From contig NW_003314300.1 of NCBI RefSeq assembly GCF_000143415.4, positions 1,644,525 through 1,708,524 on the forward strand: DNA of 64,000 nt, in the 5' to 3' direction. The position numbers and the translations under genes are program-made. Under the pieces are notes generated by a model that searched no databases, had not been told where the DNA came from, and saw only the letters and a list, made by a program, of their open reading frames with translations. Shown here piece by piece: positions 34,934 to 48,512 of the stretch (positions are counted from its first letter, which is position 1; each line of letters begins with the position of its first letter). Source of the stretch: Selaginella moellendorffii (lineage: Eukaryota; Plantae; Lycopodiophyta).

Positions 34934-35530
34934 TGTAAGCAACCAAAGGGAATGACTCGAGAGACGGTCCATAGGATTCAAATATAGAGGGAAAGGGCCC
35001 ATGAATAAGAGTGCACCCCCTTTTCCAATCGGTTAAGGGTCTTGGGATATTTGGGGTTAAGCGTCCTTGGGTTTGAATAGTACTGGGTTGGGTGACCTCC
35101 CGGGAAGTCCAAACTCAGGAGTGTTTACATTTGGTATCAGAGGGGTCTCGGGTCCGACTCTGTTGGTTGGCTAAGGGAATCGCACCACATGTTGATTGAC
35201 ATCTGGCTGGTCCAGTTTGCTCCTGCTGGGCTCGACCCGAGGGGTAGGGTGTCAAGAGAGCGGGGCTCTCAGGAGAGCTGCGGCTCTTAGCTTCCGTTCA
35301 CGAGGGCGTGAACTTGCAGGGAAGCGTGGTGGATTGTAAGCAACCAAAGGGAACGACTCGAGAGACGGTCCATAGGGTTCAAATATAGAGGGAAAGGGCC
35401 CATGAATAAGAGTGCACCCCCTTTTCCAATCGGTTAAGAGTCTTGGGATATTTGGGGTTAAGCGTCCTTGGGTTTGAATAGTACTGGGTTGGGTGACCTC
35501 CCTGGAAGTCCAAACTCAAGAGTGTTTACA
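34934..35530 (+). mobile_element. Cassandra TRIM, copy 2
   Basis: 196-bp LTRs at 34934-35129 and 35335-35530, TSD CCCAT, PBS TGGTATCAGAG. GTTAAGCGTCCTTGGG...TAGTACTGGGTTGGGTGACCTCCCGGGAAGTCC matches the 5S rRNA internal control region. Confidence 0.95.
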
Positions 35531-38500
35531 CCCATCTCGAAGCCTTCGAATCCATGGCTCAAGCTTTTGAGCCTCGCAAACCTCATCAAGAGAAGGTAGA
35601 TCTTGCTTTGCACCTTGTAGACACTAAACATCAAGTACAGCAACCACCAATGGCACAGAATCCTTGTTTAGAAAATCTACAGATGCTGGAAAAGCTGTAA
35701 ATACAATAAACTTGTAAAAAATAAGAGAAGAGAGTGGAGAAGGAAGAGAATCTCGAGAAAGGCATCAACACATAGAACTCCCTGGGTGATGAACAACATC
35801 AAAATTATATATCTGAAGCTTCAAAGCACACCGAGCAGTACGACTAACTAGGTTCTTTCACTTCAATAATGAAGTAATAGCAGCATGATCACCTTCAAGT
35901 AACGTTCGAGAACCATGTAAATATGCATGAAATTTCTTGAAACCCTAAACTGCTGCTAAACACTTCTTCTTTATCGTGGAGTAGTTCACCTCTACTGGTT
36001 GTAATGTACGGTTTATATATGTAATGGGATGAAGCACACTCAGGCTCTCTTGCATTAACACACCTCCAAGACCAATATCAGAAGCATCCATACGCAAAAT
36101 AAAAACTTGAGTGTAGTCAAGATATGCCAAAACTAGAGGAGTCATCAATAGCTTTTTGAGATCCACAAATGCCCGCTCACAATCCGGAGATGAGATGAAA
36201 AATGATGTTGATGACTTCAACAACGCTTGCAATGGTGCAGTGCAATCAGAAAGATAATCCACAAAACAATTAAGATACTGCATTTTGCCTGGGAAGTATT
36301 ACATATCATCCACAACTTCGGAGGAGGGAACTTTAGAATAGCTACAAGTTTGTTAAGATCAACTTGCAAACCTCACGAGAAATATGGTACCCAAGATAAG
36401 TTGTGTCCTTGGACCCAAACACACACTTCGACTGCTTCAATTTTAAACCAATGTCCCGTAGCTGATCCAACACTTTACAAATATCACGAATGTGCTCCTC
36501 CCATGTCCCCTTCGAGTGGATCAAGACATCATTAATGAAGTCAGCAGTCACCTCCGGTATATTGCAAAGAACCTTGTCCATCATCCGTTGGAAAGTTGCT
36601 AGAGCATTGTTCAAACCAAACGGCATCATAAAAAATTCATACAAACCAAACAGTATATAAAAAGCAGTCTTAGGAATATCTTCTTAGGCTATCGGTATTT
36701 GCCAGTACCCAGAAGCAAGATCTAGTTTGGTGAATTAACAACTTCGCCCCAGACAATCCAAGAAATCAATAGTGTGAAGAAGAGGGTACATATTCGGGAT
36801 CATCACTTCGTTTAATGGACAATAGTTGATGCAGAAATGAATACTCTCATTAAGCTTATCACAAGATGAGGTTCACATGCTCAAGGACTCCGCAATTTGT
36901 GAATAACACCCTTCTTCAACATCTCCTTGATGTTTATAGGTAAAATCTTAATCTCTTTGGGTGACCAACAACGAACAAGAATCTTGATTGGATGAGCATC
37001 CTCGGTTGGAATCAAATGACATATGGCAATCTTGGCCCCAAACAATAGGTCAAATTCAAAGAGATCAGAATACTACTTCATGAGCCCGTCAACTGTTACA
37101 ACACAAAGATTGTCAGAGGGATCGGAAAAGGGAAGAGCAGAATAAGATGGAAACATAGGAGGAAGTAATATGGAGACAAAAGTAAAGAAAATAGAGATAG
37201 AATTGGAGAGATAAAGAGGTATAGAAATAAAAGGAATGGATGAAATATTGAGATAAGGGGGAAAAGCTTTAAAGTCACACTTGGAATAATTTGTACCAAG
37301 AATGAGGTCAAAAGCTTGACTTGGCACCACTCGCAATGACTAAAACCTAAGCTAAAGATTGCCCACACGCACAACTAAGTTTCAATCATCCCATGCACAT
37401 GCATGCGTACAACCGTTGCCATAAAGAATGAAAACTAACTTCACCATATGATGCAAATGTAGATGGCAATGTGTGGTAATAGGTCGAACATGAGAAGATA
37501 AACTTGAATATATATCAACCAACAGAAAGAGAATAATAGGACACCTCTTATTATAAAAATAAGTTTGGAAAGTAAACATTGAATAAATTGGTGCCAAGTG
37601 AACCCCTTGATGATACTCCTGAAAGAAAAATGGAAGGGTCATTGACCTATTTGTGGAAGGTCCTTCTGTTACTTGCGTGACTCTTTATTTCCCAAATGCA
37701 TCTCGGTGTTCAAACAGTTCTGATATATTTGGCTCTACACGAAGCAAGAAGCTTCGGAAACGAACGCCAAATTGCATTATTGACTCAGATGGCCCTTGAG
37801 AAAGACGATGCAATTGTTAGAAGGTATCATCATAATCGTCGGCATGTCTGAATGTGTGTTTGAATACGTCCGGGAGAACACTCCAATCCCCATGAGTGGC
37901 TACACTCAAACCATTGTACCACTATAACGCCATCCCTTGGAGACATGTGGGAAACTCACGCAAACATTGAGCATCATCCCAAAAATGATATGTGGCAATC
38001 ACTATAAAATAATTAAACCAATGGTATACATCATCCCTAAGATTCCCATAAAAGAACTTTAGCCGAATGCGAGGATTGGCACCAAGAGTAAAAGGAGCTA
38101 TACCATATGCCGTGAATGTCGCCATCAACTAAGTTTGGTTATTCAATTGCAATCACATAGCATCAAACAATTGCACCAATTGCTACTCCAAAGTCAGAGG
38201 AGGAGACTACTACTCTGCCATGAAAATGAATGAAAAGGAAAGAGTAAAAGAAGAAAAATGAGAAAAAAAAACTAGAAGGAAAGAGAGATTTAGATAATGG
38301 AAAAGCTAGATCTAAACCAAAATCTTGAAAAGAAAAAATAAAAGAAAGGAAATGGAAAAAGTTAGATCTAGACAATGCAAAAGCTAAATCTAAACCAAAA
38401 TCCTAAATCTAAGCACTCCTCATAGAAAGGTGTCCCTCACTTCCACTAATGTGAGTGCATAGGCATATCAATTAACCCAAAAACCCTAGTTTATATACAG

Positions 38501-38627
38501 GAGTGAGTGGTCCAAATTGAAACTAATCCGACAGTTACTAAAATCCCACTACGTTAATATTAGTATACGGCATCATAACCATACACTTGGACCTCATAAG
38601 AACATATAATTCTTTTAAATATTATTT

Positions 38628-41600
38628 TGTGAGGTCCAAATGTATAGTTATGATGCCGTATATTAATATTAGCATAGTGGGATTTTAATAACTATTGGAT
38701 TGGTTTTAATCCGAACCACTCACTCCTGTATATAAGATAAGGTTTTTAAGCTAATTGATATGGATATTTTCTATATTTCCTTTCCATATTCAATGCATTC
38801 ACATTGGTGGAGTTGAGGGGCACCTTTCATTATCCTTGAGGAGTGCTTGGATTTAGGATTTTGGTTTAGATCTTGCTTTTGCATTATTTAGATCTAACTT
38901 TTTTCATTTCATTTTTTTTATTCTTTCTTTTCAAGATTTTGGTTTAGATCTAGCTTTTACATTGTCTAGATCTAACTTTTTCTATTTCCTTTCTTTTTAT
39001 TCTTTCCTTTCAAGATTTTGGTTTAAATCTAGCTTTTCCATTGTCTAGATCTCTCTTTCCTTCTAGTTTTTTTTCTCATTTTTCTTCTTTTGCTCTTTCC
39101 TTTTCATTCATCTTTATGGCAGAGCAATAGTCTCCTCCTCTAACTTTGGAGCAACAATTGGTGCAATTGTTTGATGCTATGTGATTGCAATTGAACAACC
39201 AAACTTAGTTGATGGCATCATTCACGGCACATTGTATAACTCTTCTTCCTCTTGGTGCTAATCCTCGTGTTTGGCTAAAGTTCTTTTATGGGAATCTTGG
39301 GAATGATGTGTACTATTGGTTTAATCATTTCACAATGATAGCCACATATCGTTTTTGGGATGATGCTCAATGTTTGCATGAGTTTCCCACGTGTCTCCAA
39401 GGGATGGCGCTATAGTGGTACAATGGTTTGAGTGCAGCCACTCATGGGGATTGAAGTGTTCTCCCGGACGTATTCAAATGCATAATCAGACATGCTGACG
39501 ATTGTGATGATGCCTTCCAACAATTGCATCATCTTTGTCAAAGGCCATCTGAGTCAATGATGCAATTTGGCGTTCGTTTCCGAAGTTTCTTACTTCGTGC
39601 AGAGCCAAATATATCGAAGCATATCAAGCTAAGAATGTTGTGGCCAGCCCTTCATTAAGGTCTTGGAGGATTTGTGCATGCACTTGCTCCAGCCACCCTT
39701 GATGATGCCCCTCACTTGGCACAATGTTATGAGATATGACCTCTTCCACTTCTCACTGCACGTCCTTCAAGTCCACTTCCTGTGGGAGATAGTCTTATTC
39801 TAATGGAGGTTAGTGTTGTTGCTGCTTGAGTTTAAGGACAAAGGTGAGGATGTGGTTGTGGTTGTGATGTTTACTGCTGGGTGTGTGATGAAGTTAGTCA
39901 CACTTATCAGCACTATTAGTGTTTTCCAAATTGGTAGCTTCCATTTCCTAGGTGGACACCTTAGCGTCAACAATGTTCTGTTGGTGTTGCTACAGTGGAA
40001 GGTCTGAACACCAAGATGCATCTGGGAAATAAAGAGTCACACAAGTAACGGAAGGACCCTACGCAAATAAGTTAATAACCCCTCCATTTTTCTTTCGAGA
40101 GTATCATCAAGGGGTTCACTTGGCACCAATTTATTCAGTGTTTACTTTCCAAACTTATTTTTATAAAAAGAGGTCTCCTATTATTCTCTTTCTGTTGGTT
40201 GATATATATTCAAGTTTATCTTTTATTGCTCGACCTATTACCACATGTTGCCATCTACATTTGCATTATGTGGTGGAGCTAGTTTTCATTCTTTATGGCA
40301 ACGGTTGTACATATGCATGTGCACGGGATGATTCAAACCTAGTTGTGTATGTGGGCAATCTTTAGCTTGGGTTGTAGTTATTGCGAGTGGTGCCAAGCAT
40401 AGTTCTTTATATTTCATCCATTCCTCTCATTCCTATACCTCTTTATCCCTCTACTTTTATCTCTGTTTTAATTACTTTTGTCTCCCCATTACTTCCTCCT
40501 ACGTTTCCATCTTATTCTGCTCTTCCCTTTTCTCTTTGTGTTACAACAGTTGACCAACTTATGAAGGAGTATGCCAATCTCTTTGAATTTGATCTATCAT
40601 TTGGGGCCAAGATTACCATACGTCATCTGATTCTCATCAGGGATGCTCATTCAATTAAGTTTCATATTTGTTGGGACAAGGGGGAGAAGCCTTAAGTCAC
40701 ACTTGGCATAATTGCGTTGCACCCAATCTATACCAAGGATGAGGTTAAAAGCTTGATCAATCACTTAAAGAGCTCAAGATTTTACATGTGAACGTTAAGG
40801 AGATGTTAGAAAAAGGTGTTATTCGAAAGTCTTGGAGTTTTTGGGCATGTGAACCTCATCTTGTGACGAAGCCTGATAGGAGTATTTGTTTTTGCATTGA
40901 CTATTATTTCTTAAACTAAGTGACAATCCCTAATGTGTACCCTCTTCCTCACACTGCTAATTTCTTGAATCGTCTGGGGAGAAGTTGTTAGTTCACCAAA
41001 CTAGTGTGAGACACAAAATCCTTAAGCCCCAAAGGGGAGCCAAAAGGGTGCCATATGGTAGTGGTTGATGTAGAAGCCAAATAAGTGTAATATATTTGGA
41101 CTAAAAGCTCCAACTTGAAAAGTCAAGAGCAGGAGTGAAACTCCCAACGAAGTGTTCGAGGAACGAGCATGAAGCAAGCAATAAGTGAGTCTCTAGAAAA
41201 GGGACACAAGAGGACCAACACATGACATGTGGAAGTGTCTGAGATGGAGTCCAAGATGGAGTCCAAGATGGATCCAAGATTGAGTCCTAAATAGAGTTTG
41301 AGATGGACCCGAGATGGAGTCCAAGATGGAATCGAGACCGAGACTGAAATTGAGTCCGAGTCTGAAACCAAGACTGAGATTGAGTCCGAATACTAATACA
41401 GACTGTTAAGTGAAAGCCCAAAGTAATCGTCCCTTGGGGGGGGGGGGGGGGGGTTGCAGAGGGTTCCAAAAGTATAATAGGGAGAGTGTGGGGGTTGGAC
41501 CCCAGTGGAGCCAATTTGGCCAAAAAAGGCTAGTTTGGCCTAGGAAAGTTATACCCAAGTGTTAGATGATGAAATAACCACTAGGAAGTCCAAAGTTAGA

Positions 41601-42008
41601 GTGAATATGGACCGACAAGCGGGGTAACTTGGTAAAGTGTTCAAGATCCGACTTTAGTTCCCCTAAGAGATTGAATGATTGATACTCTTAGTCCAAATGT
41701 GGATGGCACTACCTATTTGGATACTTGGCGTGGTTCAACAGAACCTCACTCTAGCCCCATGGCTAAAGCACCCAAAGGCGGAAGGTGGGAGAGTACCCAT
41801 GAGGCCCATATAGTGTTCCGAAATGTTGTCTTAGAATCCTAGATAGTGGAAAGGAAGAGGAGCTATGAATTCGAAGGCTTCGAGAAGGCTTGCATCACAT
41901 GCTAATGACTTACCATTCTATCATTTATATTCTTAATATTGTCTTAAGACAACCTTCTTTATTTTGTGGGGATAGATTCTAATGATTATTTATGGCTGGT
42001 GGTGCCTT
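38628..42008 (+). mobile_element. Truncated Gypsy element B, same family as A, head-to-head with it
   Basis: LTR 38628-38803 (TG..CA), PBS TGGTGGAGTTGAGGGG (tRNA-Ala-like), gag relic nearly identical to 37922-38128, RT start to about 41004, integrase-side sequence resuming near 41860. Confidence 0.85.
41005..41860. mobile_element. Unrelated insertion replacing RT/RNase H of element B; contains 12-bp GATGGAGTCCAA tandem units
   Basis: Similarity to element A stops at 41004 and resumes near 41860; begins TGTGAG; tandem units near 41242-41390. Confidence 0.45.
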
Positions 42009-42449
42009 AAAACAGCACGTCCAGCACTGTCCTCTACTGGCAGCATCTAGAGCACAACTTGTACTCCACACCATACACAGCACACAGCTTACTCCCTGGC
42101 ATCACCTCCTCTAGCAACACTTCTCTGTCTCAGCACCCAGTGCCTCTGCCCTGATCTGGGCTCTAGTGCAACACCAAGAACTCTCCTTGCAACCATGATC
42201 TTGTAGCTCACCTTGTTGTCAGCCAACAAGCGCCATCCACTTCTGATTAAGGTGGCTCATCCTCCTCCTCACCAGTGAGAGCCATCGTCCCAGGATATGA
42301 TACCATGAAAAGAAACAATGGATGGACAAAAGGTTATATTTGATAAACCATGAACCCTCCGGTAACCTGGCAGGACATGTGCCACCTGGATCTCACTAAC
42401 CTCAATACTATCAACTTCATTGGTGAGAGCTTTCATGCACATCGGGAAT

Positions 42450-45017
42450 TAGGCTCGAGGTGTGTTTGAGACAATGGTGACGAGGGACTTGGTTTCGTGG
42501 ACAAAAATAGTGTCGGGCTATGCCTTGTAGAAGAGGCCGAGAGGATGTTTTCCCGGATGGCCCAGTAGAATCTCGTGTCTTGGAATGGGCTGATGGAAAA
42601 CGGCAAGAGCGAAGCTGCTGTTTGATCGAATGCCACAGTTGCCTACATCAATCGCTGCCGCCTATGCCCAGCACGGGCATGTCGATGGCGATCCACCACC
42701 AAATGCCCACAAGGGACTTGATATGCTTGTCGCAATGCTCGGCCAGGCCGGGAGAATGGAGGACGCCCTCAAGATCCAGCAGCAAATGCCGAGATGGAAT
42801 GTTTTGCGATCCTCTCCGGCTATGCGGGAGATATCCACTCTCGTGGGCATTGCGGCGAGCACAGCTCGAGCCTCGATCACGCGGCCATTGCGAGCGTAAG
42901 CGTGAACCAAACTCGTCCAGCAGCAATTCACGATCTCTTCCGGGATGCTGTCAAACGATCGCATCTTGCGGCCTGGAACTTGATGATGGAAGCATATGCC
43001 CAAACTGAGCAAGCCATCCAACTCTTCCACGAGGCCACGCCCGACGGTGGAGTGAGGATCGATCTTGTGTCGTTCATCACCATCCTCTCGGCTTGCAGCC
43101 ATTTGGGGAAGATCCAAATCGCCCGCGATCAATGGTCGCCTATGATCGCGAGAACCAAAACTTTGGGTTAGAGAGCAATGTCGGGGGCGAATGACTGCTG
43201 CGATCGCAGGGCTAGTGGAGCGACATTTCCTGGCGGATCTCGTGAGGGCTGCTGGCCGTGGCAAGGATATTTTCTTCGCCAATCTCCTCATCCAGTTGTA
43301 TGGGCGCTGCGGCAGCGCTGCAGATGCGTGATCTCTCTTGATCACCGAAATACTCCTGGGAACACCTTCAATGCCGCCGAGCTCTTCGATCGCATCCCGG
43401 CTCTTCGATCGAATGTGCCATCGCAAAGTGCCAGGGAGGGGAATATTGCGCGATCCAAGAGCCTCTTTGATCGAATGCCCCACTGGAATCTCTTGTTCTG
43501 CAAAGTGGTCGTGAGGTCCTATATCCGGAGTTCCAATCTCGACCAGGAAAAGAATATCTTCGATTCCATGGCGGATCATGACGTGGCATCTTGGAACTTG
43601 CTCATTACACTGTATGCCCAGTTTGGGCAACTTGAGCTTGCCAAGACACTTTTGACGGGATGGAGTTTCGTGATCTTGTCTCGTGAAACCCGATGATCGC
43701 TGGATATGTGGCGGCATCCAGATCCGGGACTGCCCGGCGGTGATCGATCGTGTCCCAGAGCTCCAGGCCGTGATATGGAACTCAATGATCACAGCGCTCG
43801 CGCAGGGGCAAATCGAGGCAGCAAAATCGAGTTTTGATAGAATGCCGGCCATGTCGTGGACGAATCTACTGCTGTGCTACCTGCAGAATGATTCCTGGAA
43901 GAATTGGACAGGGCGTTCCATCGGCTCCGGAGAACTACAAGAATGGCCAAAGAAGGGATTTTGCCAACGCGAGAGAGATCTTTGATTCCATGCCGGATAA
44001 GGACGTGGTGGCGTGGACGGCGATTGTGCAAGCTTAGCTTACCAAGGCTTTGTCGCCCTCGCGAAGAAAATCTTCGTTCAAATCCTGGAAAAGAATCCAG
44101 TCTATGCTCCTCACGTATGCCGAGAGTGGGCACTTTGGCGGGGTTCTTCCACGCAAGACCATCGTCTGCTGGACAGCTCTCCCGCAAGTTTTTGAGCGAT
44201 CTCGGCGCCGCCAGGAGCATGATTGAGAGCATGAAGATGCGCAACTTCGTTTCCTAGATGACCTTGGTGTGGGCTTATGCTCGAAACGGGGAAGTCTTCC
44301 ATACGTTCCGGAACGTTCGAACTTCGTGCAGCCATGTCGGTCTCGTGGCCGAGGGCTGGGACCACTTCGTCTGCTTGGGGATGGTGCCGAGGAGAGAGCG
44401 CTATTGCTGCATGAAGAACTCTGAGCACCGTCGTCAACTCGATGCCATTCCTTCCAGACATCGTGATCTGGATGTCGCTGCTGGGAGCTTGTCACCTGAT
44501 CCACCGCGAAGCCGATTGAGCTGAGCGAGTCGCGGCGAAGATCTTCGAGGCTACACGACTGCATACGTGGTTCTCTGGAACATGTACTCGTCGATCTGGA
44601 GGAGGGACAAGGTGTCGATGATCCGGAACCTGATGAAGTCGAGGCGAGTGAGAAAACTTCCGGGGATCAGCAACATCGAAGTTTGGCAGCGAAGTTCACA
44701 GTTTCGTGGTGGGGGATCTTTCGCATCCTCACAGCGAAGATATCGTCGCGGATCTCCAGAGGCTGGCGAGAGAAATGCGGCACGCTGGCTACGTTCCCGA
44801 CACGAAGGAGATCTTTCATGAGGAGCAAAAGGAGGAGCTGTTGCACTACCACGGCGAAAAGATGGCTGTGGCTTTTGGATTGATCTCGGCGCTGAGGAAC
44901 TTGCGGGTGTGTGGGGATTGCCACTCGGCTATCAAGTCTGTATCCAAGATGGTGGTATCTATAACCGTGAGAGATGCTAACCGGTTCCATCACATGCAGA
45001 AACAACAAAAAGAATGA
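42450..45017 (+). pseudogene. PLS-class PPR-DYW pseudogene
   Basis: Many frameshifted FDRMP/DVVAW motifs; E/E+ region VRKLPGISNIEV, HPHSEDI, GYVPDT, HGEKMAVAFGLI, NLRVCGDCHSAIK; terminal DYW lost. Confidence 0.9.
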
Positions 45018-45489
45018 TCAGAAAAAAGGAGAAGCGAAAGCCTCACCTTTAGAGCTTCAGCTCCCTTCCTTCTGGTATAACAAAACTCAAAGGAATGGAA
45101 GTAAAAATGGCAGGAACACTTCCTGTGCAGCTCAAGCTCCCGGCTCTTGAGCTGCTCCAAGACGTAGCTACTAGATCGAAAACGGCCAAGATCTCCACAA
45201 ATAAAGCTAGATTGGAAAAAGGATATATACATCATTTCAGAGGCGATGTGTCCAGTCAGCTCAATCTGCGCGCGAGCTGCTTGCCGACCATTACAAAAAG
45301 TTCGCGCTTGGTTTTATCTTTAAATATCACTAAAAGATTTGTGGTTGCTATTGCGTTTCTAGCTATATGGATTCGAGAACGAAAACAGCCTTCACTGTCT
45401 CCGAGATCTTTTCTGAAAAGCTATTTGTTCTAAGATGAAAGAAAACCAAACACTAGTATATTTAAATTATAGCCCTTTAAAGAGGATGT

Positions 45490-45830
45490 TTCTCACCTAA
45501 ATACCACTGTGGTTTCTATTCATTCGAACTGGGAAGTTTGGGCTAAATTATTCTGCGCAACTTCCTTGCTTCACTCCGTATCTATATACTTTGCTATCAC
45601 TGGGCTATGTGGCTGGAGGTAAGCTAGATTTAGTTATGGATAATTGCTTAACAATTTGTTTCAGTTGTCTATGCTAGTTAGCTTTGCTATTGGAGGAGCT
45701 CACATATGTTTTACATTCATTGCTTTACAAGTAGCACATGCTTATGCAGGGACATCATCAAATTATGAGGTGGTGGATAGGGATACAGGAATGCACTGAA
45801 GACGAATCTATACCATATGTTTCATATCAG
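45490..45830 (+). pseudogene. Distant eroded half-OCT family copy (opposite strand)
   Basis: PLWFLF, LSLGYVAG followed by a GTAAG..CAG intron at the homologous position, MLVSFAIG, AHAYAGTSS, MRWW. Confidence 0.55.
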
Positions 45831-46179
45831 GTATATTTACTTTTTACCCTTGATTCTATAGTTAATAATGAAAGAGTATATAATTCCATATTTGATATAT
45901 AAAAATGTTCTGTAGTAATTTTTTAATTCAGCAGCTTTGGTTAAAAACCAAGTGTTAGTAACATATGTTGTATCCATAATCTCGCTCATTGATTCCTTAG
46001 ACATTGCACTGAGGATGAGTATTGGACCAGAGGATATGCCAAGCAGGGCATATGCTAAAAGGAATTTATTCATTGAAGCCTTTGTAAATTTCTAATTCCT
46101 AGCTGTAATCCCAGCATTTGCCAAGATGAGGCAAATGGGTATAACTAAGGCTTTTTACGACACTGAGCCCGAGAAAGAT

Positions 46180-47460
46180 CTCGTGCTGTCGGAGCTTTCG
46201 TGCAAATCGGGAATTTGGTGGAGGTTTGAGACGATGGCGACGAGGAACTTGGCTATGCCTTGTAGAAGAGGTCAAGAGGATGTTTTTCCGGATTCCGGAC
46301 TCTCGTGTCCTGGAATGGGCTGACAGAGCGTGCCGCAGAAACATCGTTGCCGCCGCCTATGTCCAGGGGGATCCACCAGCAAATGCCCGCAAGGGACTTG
46401 ATATGCTCGTCGCGATGCTCGGCCAGGCTGGGAGAATGGAGGACGCGCTCATGATCCAGCACAAAATGCCGAGATGGAACGTTTTCACCGGGAACGCGAT
46501 CCTCTCGGGCTACGCCATCCAATGTCGTTTGACAGCATCCCGGGGCGAGATAGTGAATTGCCAGTGCTGGACGAGTTTGATGCACGCTTACGCTCGCAAT
46601 GGCCGTGTGATCGAGGCTCGAGCTGTTCTTGCCGCAATGCGCACGAGAGATCTTGCTGCCTGGAACTTGATGATGGAAACATATGCCCAAAAAGCGCATT
46701 ACAGGGAAGCCATCCACGACCACGCTCGATGGCGGAGTGAGGATCGATCTCGTCTCGTTCATCACCGTCCTCTCGGCTTGCAAGATCCTAATCGCCCGCG
46801 ATCAGTTCGTGTCTATGGTCGCCTATGATCGCTGACTATGGCATCGTTCCAATGGGATCACTACTCTCGCGAGATCGGAAGGCTTTGCGACGCCGAGAGT
46901 TTCCTCGAGACGATGTCTTTCGTGCCTGCCTGCCCTCTCCCATCGGCGGATTGGTGGAATACAAGAGATGGATCGCCGAAATCCCTCCAATGCCGCCGAG
47001 CTCTTCGATCATTCCGGCTCTTCGATCGAATGCCCCATCGCGACGCTTTGCCAGGGAGCAATCCAAGAGCCTCCTATGCCACAGTGGAATCTCGTGTCCT
47101 GCAACGAGGTGGTGCAATCCTACATCCGGAGCTCCAATCTCGGCCAAGCGAAGAAGATCCATGCCGGATCACCGTGGTCTCTTGGAATTACACTGTATGC
47201 TCAGTCCGGGCATCTTGCGCTTGCCAAGAACACGTTTGATGGGATGGCGTTCCGCGATCTTGTCTCGTATATGTGGCAGCCTCCCGGATCCGCGACTGCC
47301 AGGCTATGTTCGATCGCGTCTCAGAGTGACACGGAACTCGATGATCACGGAGCTCGCGCACCAGGGAGAATGCCGGCCAAGGATCTCGTGTCATGGACGA
47401 ATCTACTGCTGTGCTACGCCCAGAATGGATTCCTGGAAGACTCAGACAGGGCTCGCCAAC
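46180..47460 (+). pseudogene. Second PLS-PPR pseudogene, paralog of 42450-43920
   Basis: Collinear similarity (GLDMLVAMLGQAGRMEDAL, YARNGRVIEARAVL, DLVSWTNLLLCY) with independent indels. Confidence 0.88.
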
Positions 47461-47633
47461 GCAGTGGGATTTGGCCACCTTATTTGTGTTTTAAACTACA
47501 ATAATATCAGGCTCACTGGAAGAAGTGGCAAGGATTTTCCCCATGCCCCCTCGCACTCTGACAGTACTACAAATCCTTTACAAACTTTCGCATCAACCAC
47601 ATAATATTACACAAAAGAAGCCATATTTCTTTC

Positions 47634-48512
47634 TTAATCGGAAACATTTGCTACTCTCCCACTGCCTCTTTTTTTCATCAGAACCCGTGCTACCATTTCC
47701 CCCATTAACACCACAACAACAATAGAGTCCATGACGCACACCATCCTGTTTCCCCACCTCCAGTTTGGATATAGACGTTTACAGACATAAATTATAGGTA
47801 TGCAACATGGCTCACATAAAGAAAGTATAGGATATCCACCAATCACCTCATATATGTGGTAATGATCTTGCCCTTGGCGGTCACCAAATCCATGATTTGG
47901 AAAAAGCCATCTTTTCGAGCCAAGAAAACGGGGTGTTTCTATGAACCATCTCATTATGGCTGATGTTCCTGCACAAGAATGTGCTATTGCAGACAAAACT
48001 TGCCAAACGATAAACCAGGAGCGATTTGAGACATATGTGCTTGCTAATGCACTCGCTGCTCCAATAAAAATACTAACCAGCATACAGCACCTGGAGTGAA
48101 AGAGAGTAACGATTCCAATAATAGCTGTAAAAACATCTTAGAAATAATATTTTATGAGACTGTCTTACCTCCAATAATATAGCCCACTGATAAAAATGTA
48201 TATATGTGGTGAGTGAAGCAAACAAGCTGCCAATATCGAATCGCAGAGTACTTTGGCCCAATTGTTACATAAGCCAAGTAATCCGACGTAAAACCCCAAT
48301 GGTAGCCAACGTTTAGTGCATTGCAGTCTCTTCGACAATAGAGAACACCACTTGGGCAGTGCCACTTTGGAGGATAAAAAGTGATGTAAATGGTGAAAAC
48401 ATAGAAAGTAATGGCCCAAGTCATAATTATTGAAACAGGTAAGAAGAACCACCACAATGGAACGCTCTTACTAGTAATTTCCATACCCAACCTTTCAAGC
48501 CCTAATAGATCC
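47634..48512 (-). CDS. Half-size MFS/organic-cation-transporter-derived membrane protein, intact copy A (intron 48125-48168; 5' exon uncertain)
   Basis: Removing the 44-nt GTAAG..CAG intron fuses ORFs 48152-48490 and 47634-48083 in frame. PPKWHC..C...C and SAIRYWQLVC resemble the OCT TM1-2 loop. Confidence 0.7.

Larger units (their letters stand above)
32834..38598 (-). mobile_element. Degenerate Ty3/Gypsy LTR retrotransposon (element A)
   Basis: Short LTRs at 38450-38598 and 32834-33606 (the latter split by a TRIM); flanking AGAA/AGAA; PPT GGAGGGGATGA. RT MPFGLNNALATFQRMMD..FINDVLI, RNase H MDASDIGLGGVL, integrase YHDSPILGGHIG, WKGPYQV. Confidence 0.9.

Noticed and set aside
35056-35110. 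5S rRNA gene
   Set aside because: Only the internal control region is present, embedded in TRIM LTRs; it is Cassandra, not rDNA.
41005-41899. Clean solo LTR (TG...CA)
   Set aside because: No TSD, and the apparent right end (about 41860-41899) is native to the A/B Gypsy family.
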